Assembly (NCBI GenBank): GCA_043228905.1 | Contig: JBHGNT010000002.1 | Location: forward strand, 18,972,001-19,036,000 | From: Azolla caroliniana | Taxonomy: Eukaryota > Plantae > Polypodiophyta | DNA: 64,000 nt | Direction of reading: 5' to 3' | Part shown: piece by piece, positions 62,532 to 64,000 of the stretch | Numbering within the stretch: position 1 is the first letter of the stretch | Layout: each line of letters starts with the position of its first letter | The notes under the pieces: model-generated | What the model saw: only the letters and a program-made list of their open reading frames with translations | What the model was told of the DNA's origin: nothing | The model's database searches: none | Translations under genes and position numbers: made by a program

Positions 62532-64000
62532 CAATGCCAACCGATCTCCACACCCTTGGAACGGAACCTGAAGCTACGTCCCAACTCTGGCCCGGCCTGC
62601 GATGAGAAACGGTTCTGACAAATTGTCAGAAGCCTTATATACTTGACGATCATCCGACCCGACATCAGTTATCCAGTCGGGGTGATCAACCAGTTTATGC
62701 AGAAGCCGACCATGGAGCACCTTCAGTGCGCTCATCAACTATTGCGATATGTGAGCGGCATGAAGGACCGGGGACTGTTATACCGACACAGTATAGATGG
62801 GAAGCTAGACGGTTATATCGATGCCGACTGGGTTGGTGATGCATCAGATCGCCGATCCACCTCCGGTTACATGTTTCTCTTGGTAGCGTGGATGTTTTGC
62901 ATGGAATAGCAAAATGCATGGCTCTATCGAGCACTTAGGCTGAGTACCGGGGCGCTACCATTGCCACCTATCAAGCCATCTGGCTTTGGCGACTACTGCA
63001 AGACCTTCAGATCGAGGTGTCGACCTTGATCCTAATCTACTGTGACAACGTAAGCAACATACAGCTCGCTAAGAACCCTGTATTCCATGCTCGGACAAAG
63101 CACATAGAGGTGCATTATCACTTTAATCGTGAGTGGGTCCTGAGTGGTGAAGTTGAACTTTGGTATGTTCATACGGATCGGCAGGTTGCCGACATCTTCA
63201 CCAAGCCGCTCGAATCAGACAAGTTGCAACACTTTTCCGAAATGCTAGGTCTACAGCATCTCGACGTGCCGCACTTGAGGGAGAGAACGGATGGCACCAG
63301 ACAAGGAGTCAAAGATGAAGAATGAACCAAGGGGGGAGACGAGCAGAAAAAGGAGGCTGAGGCGAGCAAAGGAGTCGGCAATCTGAACAAGTTGGAGCAA
63401 GTGGCAGCGGCGGCAGAGTCATGAAGGACAGAGTTATTTGAAAAAAGGCTAAGACCCGGACGTGGTCCGATGTGGTAAAGGGCCTAAAAATGGAAGACAA
63501 GTTGGAGACTACCAACTTGGACAAGAGCTGGAACGAAATGGAGGAAGCGGATTCGGAAGAGCCAGATCAACTAAAGGCCAAGTAGACGAGAAGGCAGCGG
63601 AAGTCGACACCGACATAGAGGAACCGATGGGTCAACAAGTGCTACAATTATAGCAGCGAAGGAGCTGAGATGGGCTTCCTGAGCAAACAAGCTGACCAAG
63701 GAGGTCGAGGTGTGCAGAACCAGACGGGTCGTGGGAATCAGAACCAGACTAGACGAGGAGCACGAGTTAGGCGGGAGTATGTCAAAAGGAACCGGAGGAA
63801 AGGACCGACTACTATAGACACTGACACCACGATCCGACCTCAAATTAAGCTTGAGGGGGAGTTTTGAGCGAGCAAGCTGAACTGTATCCGGATTGGCTGA
63901 ACAAGCCTGAACCGGATCAATGTCCGGGTGGTATCCGGAACCATGAGCCAGATCGGAGAAACGAATCGGAGAGCCGGATTCAAATGTGAACCGGAAGGTT

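Larger units (their letters stand above)
52084..64000 (+). mobile_element. A-family Copia J: 5' LTR 52084-~52482, gag-pol to ~55612, RT/RH resuming at 62532, 3' LTR from 63862 (runs off the window)
   Basis: gag ORF 52570..53340 and integrase 53924..54556. PPT 63851-63861. The LTR end/PBS junction is partly deleted. Confidence 0.82.

Overview
This window is eukaryotic heterochromatin-type DNA. I found no host gene, rRNA, tRNA or CRISPR array. It is almost entirely a deep nest of plant LTR retrotransposons; the element types suggest a bryophyte or other early land plant (inference). Resolved from LTR termini (TG..CA), PBS, PPT and TSDs: a minus-strand Copia host (1-477, resuming at 49016) carries Copia element A (478-49015, TSD GTTAT). 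A contains a hAT-type MITE (1443-1725), a solo LTR (2166-2887), chromovirus Gypsy B (3640-21839) and Copia E (24650-48397). B holds Gypsy C (4443-11296, with a solo LTR inside its own LTR) and Tnt1-like Copia D (13499-19139). E holds Athila-like Gypsy G (27336-45797), which holds solo LTR H and the young Gypsy F (35138-42118). A second, deletion-collapsed Copia nest fills 49421-64000. Most unusual observations: (1) G has a tRNA-3'-end-like sequence where the PPT should be, so there are tRNA-Arg PBS-like sites at both inner LTR borders, plus asymmetric LTRs ending in a 17-bp terminal inverted repeat. (2) The C/F lineage conserves a slippery site and a covarying pseudoknot between protease and RT. 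(3) The same lineage makes 4-bp TSDs that are all N-CG-N. (4) B appears to self-prime like Tf1. All coordinates were read by eye.
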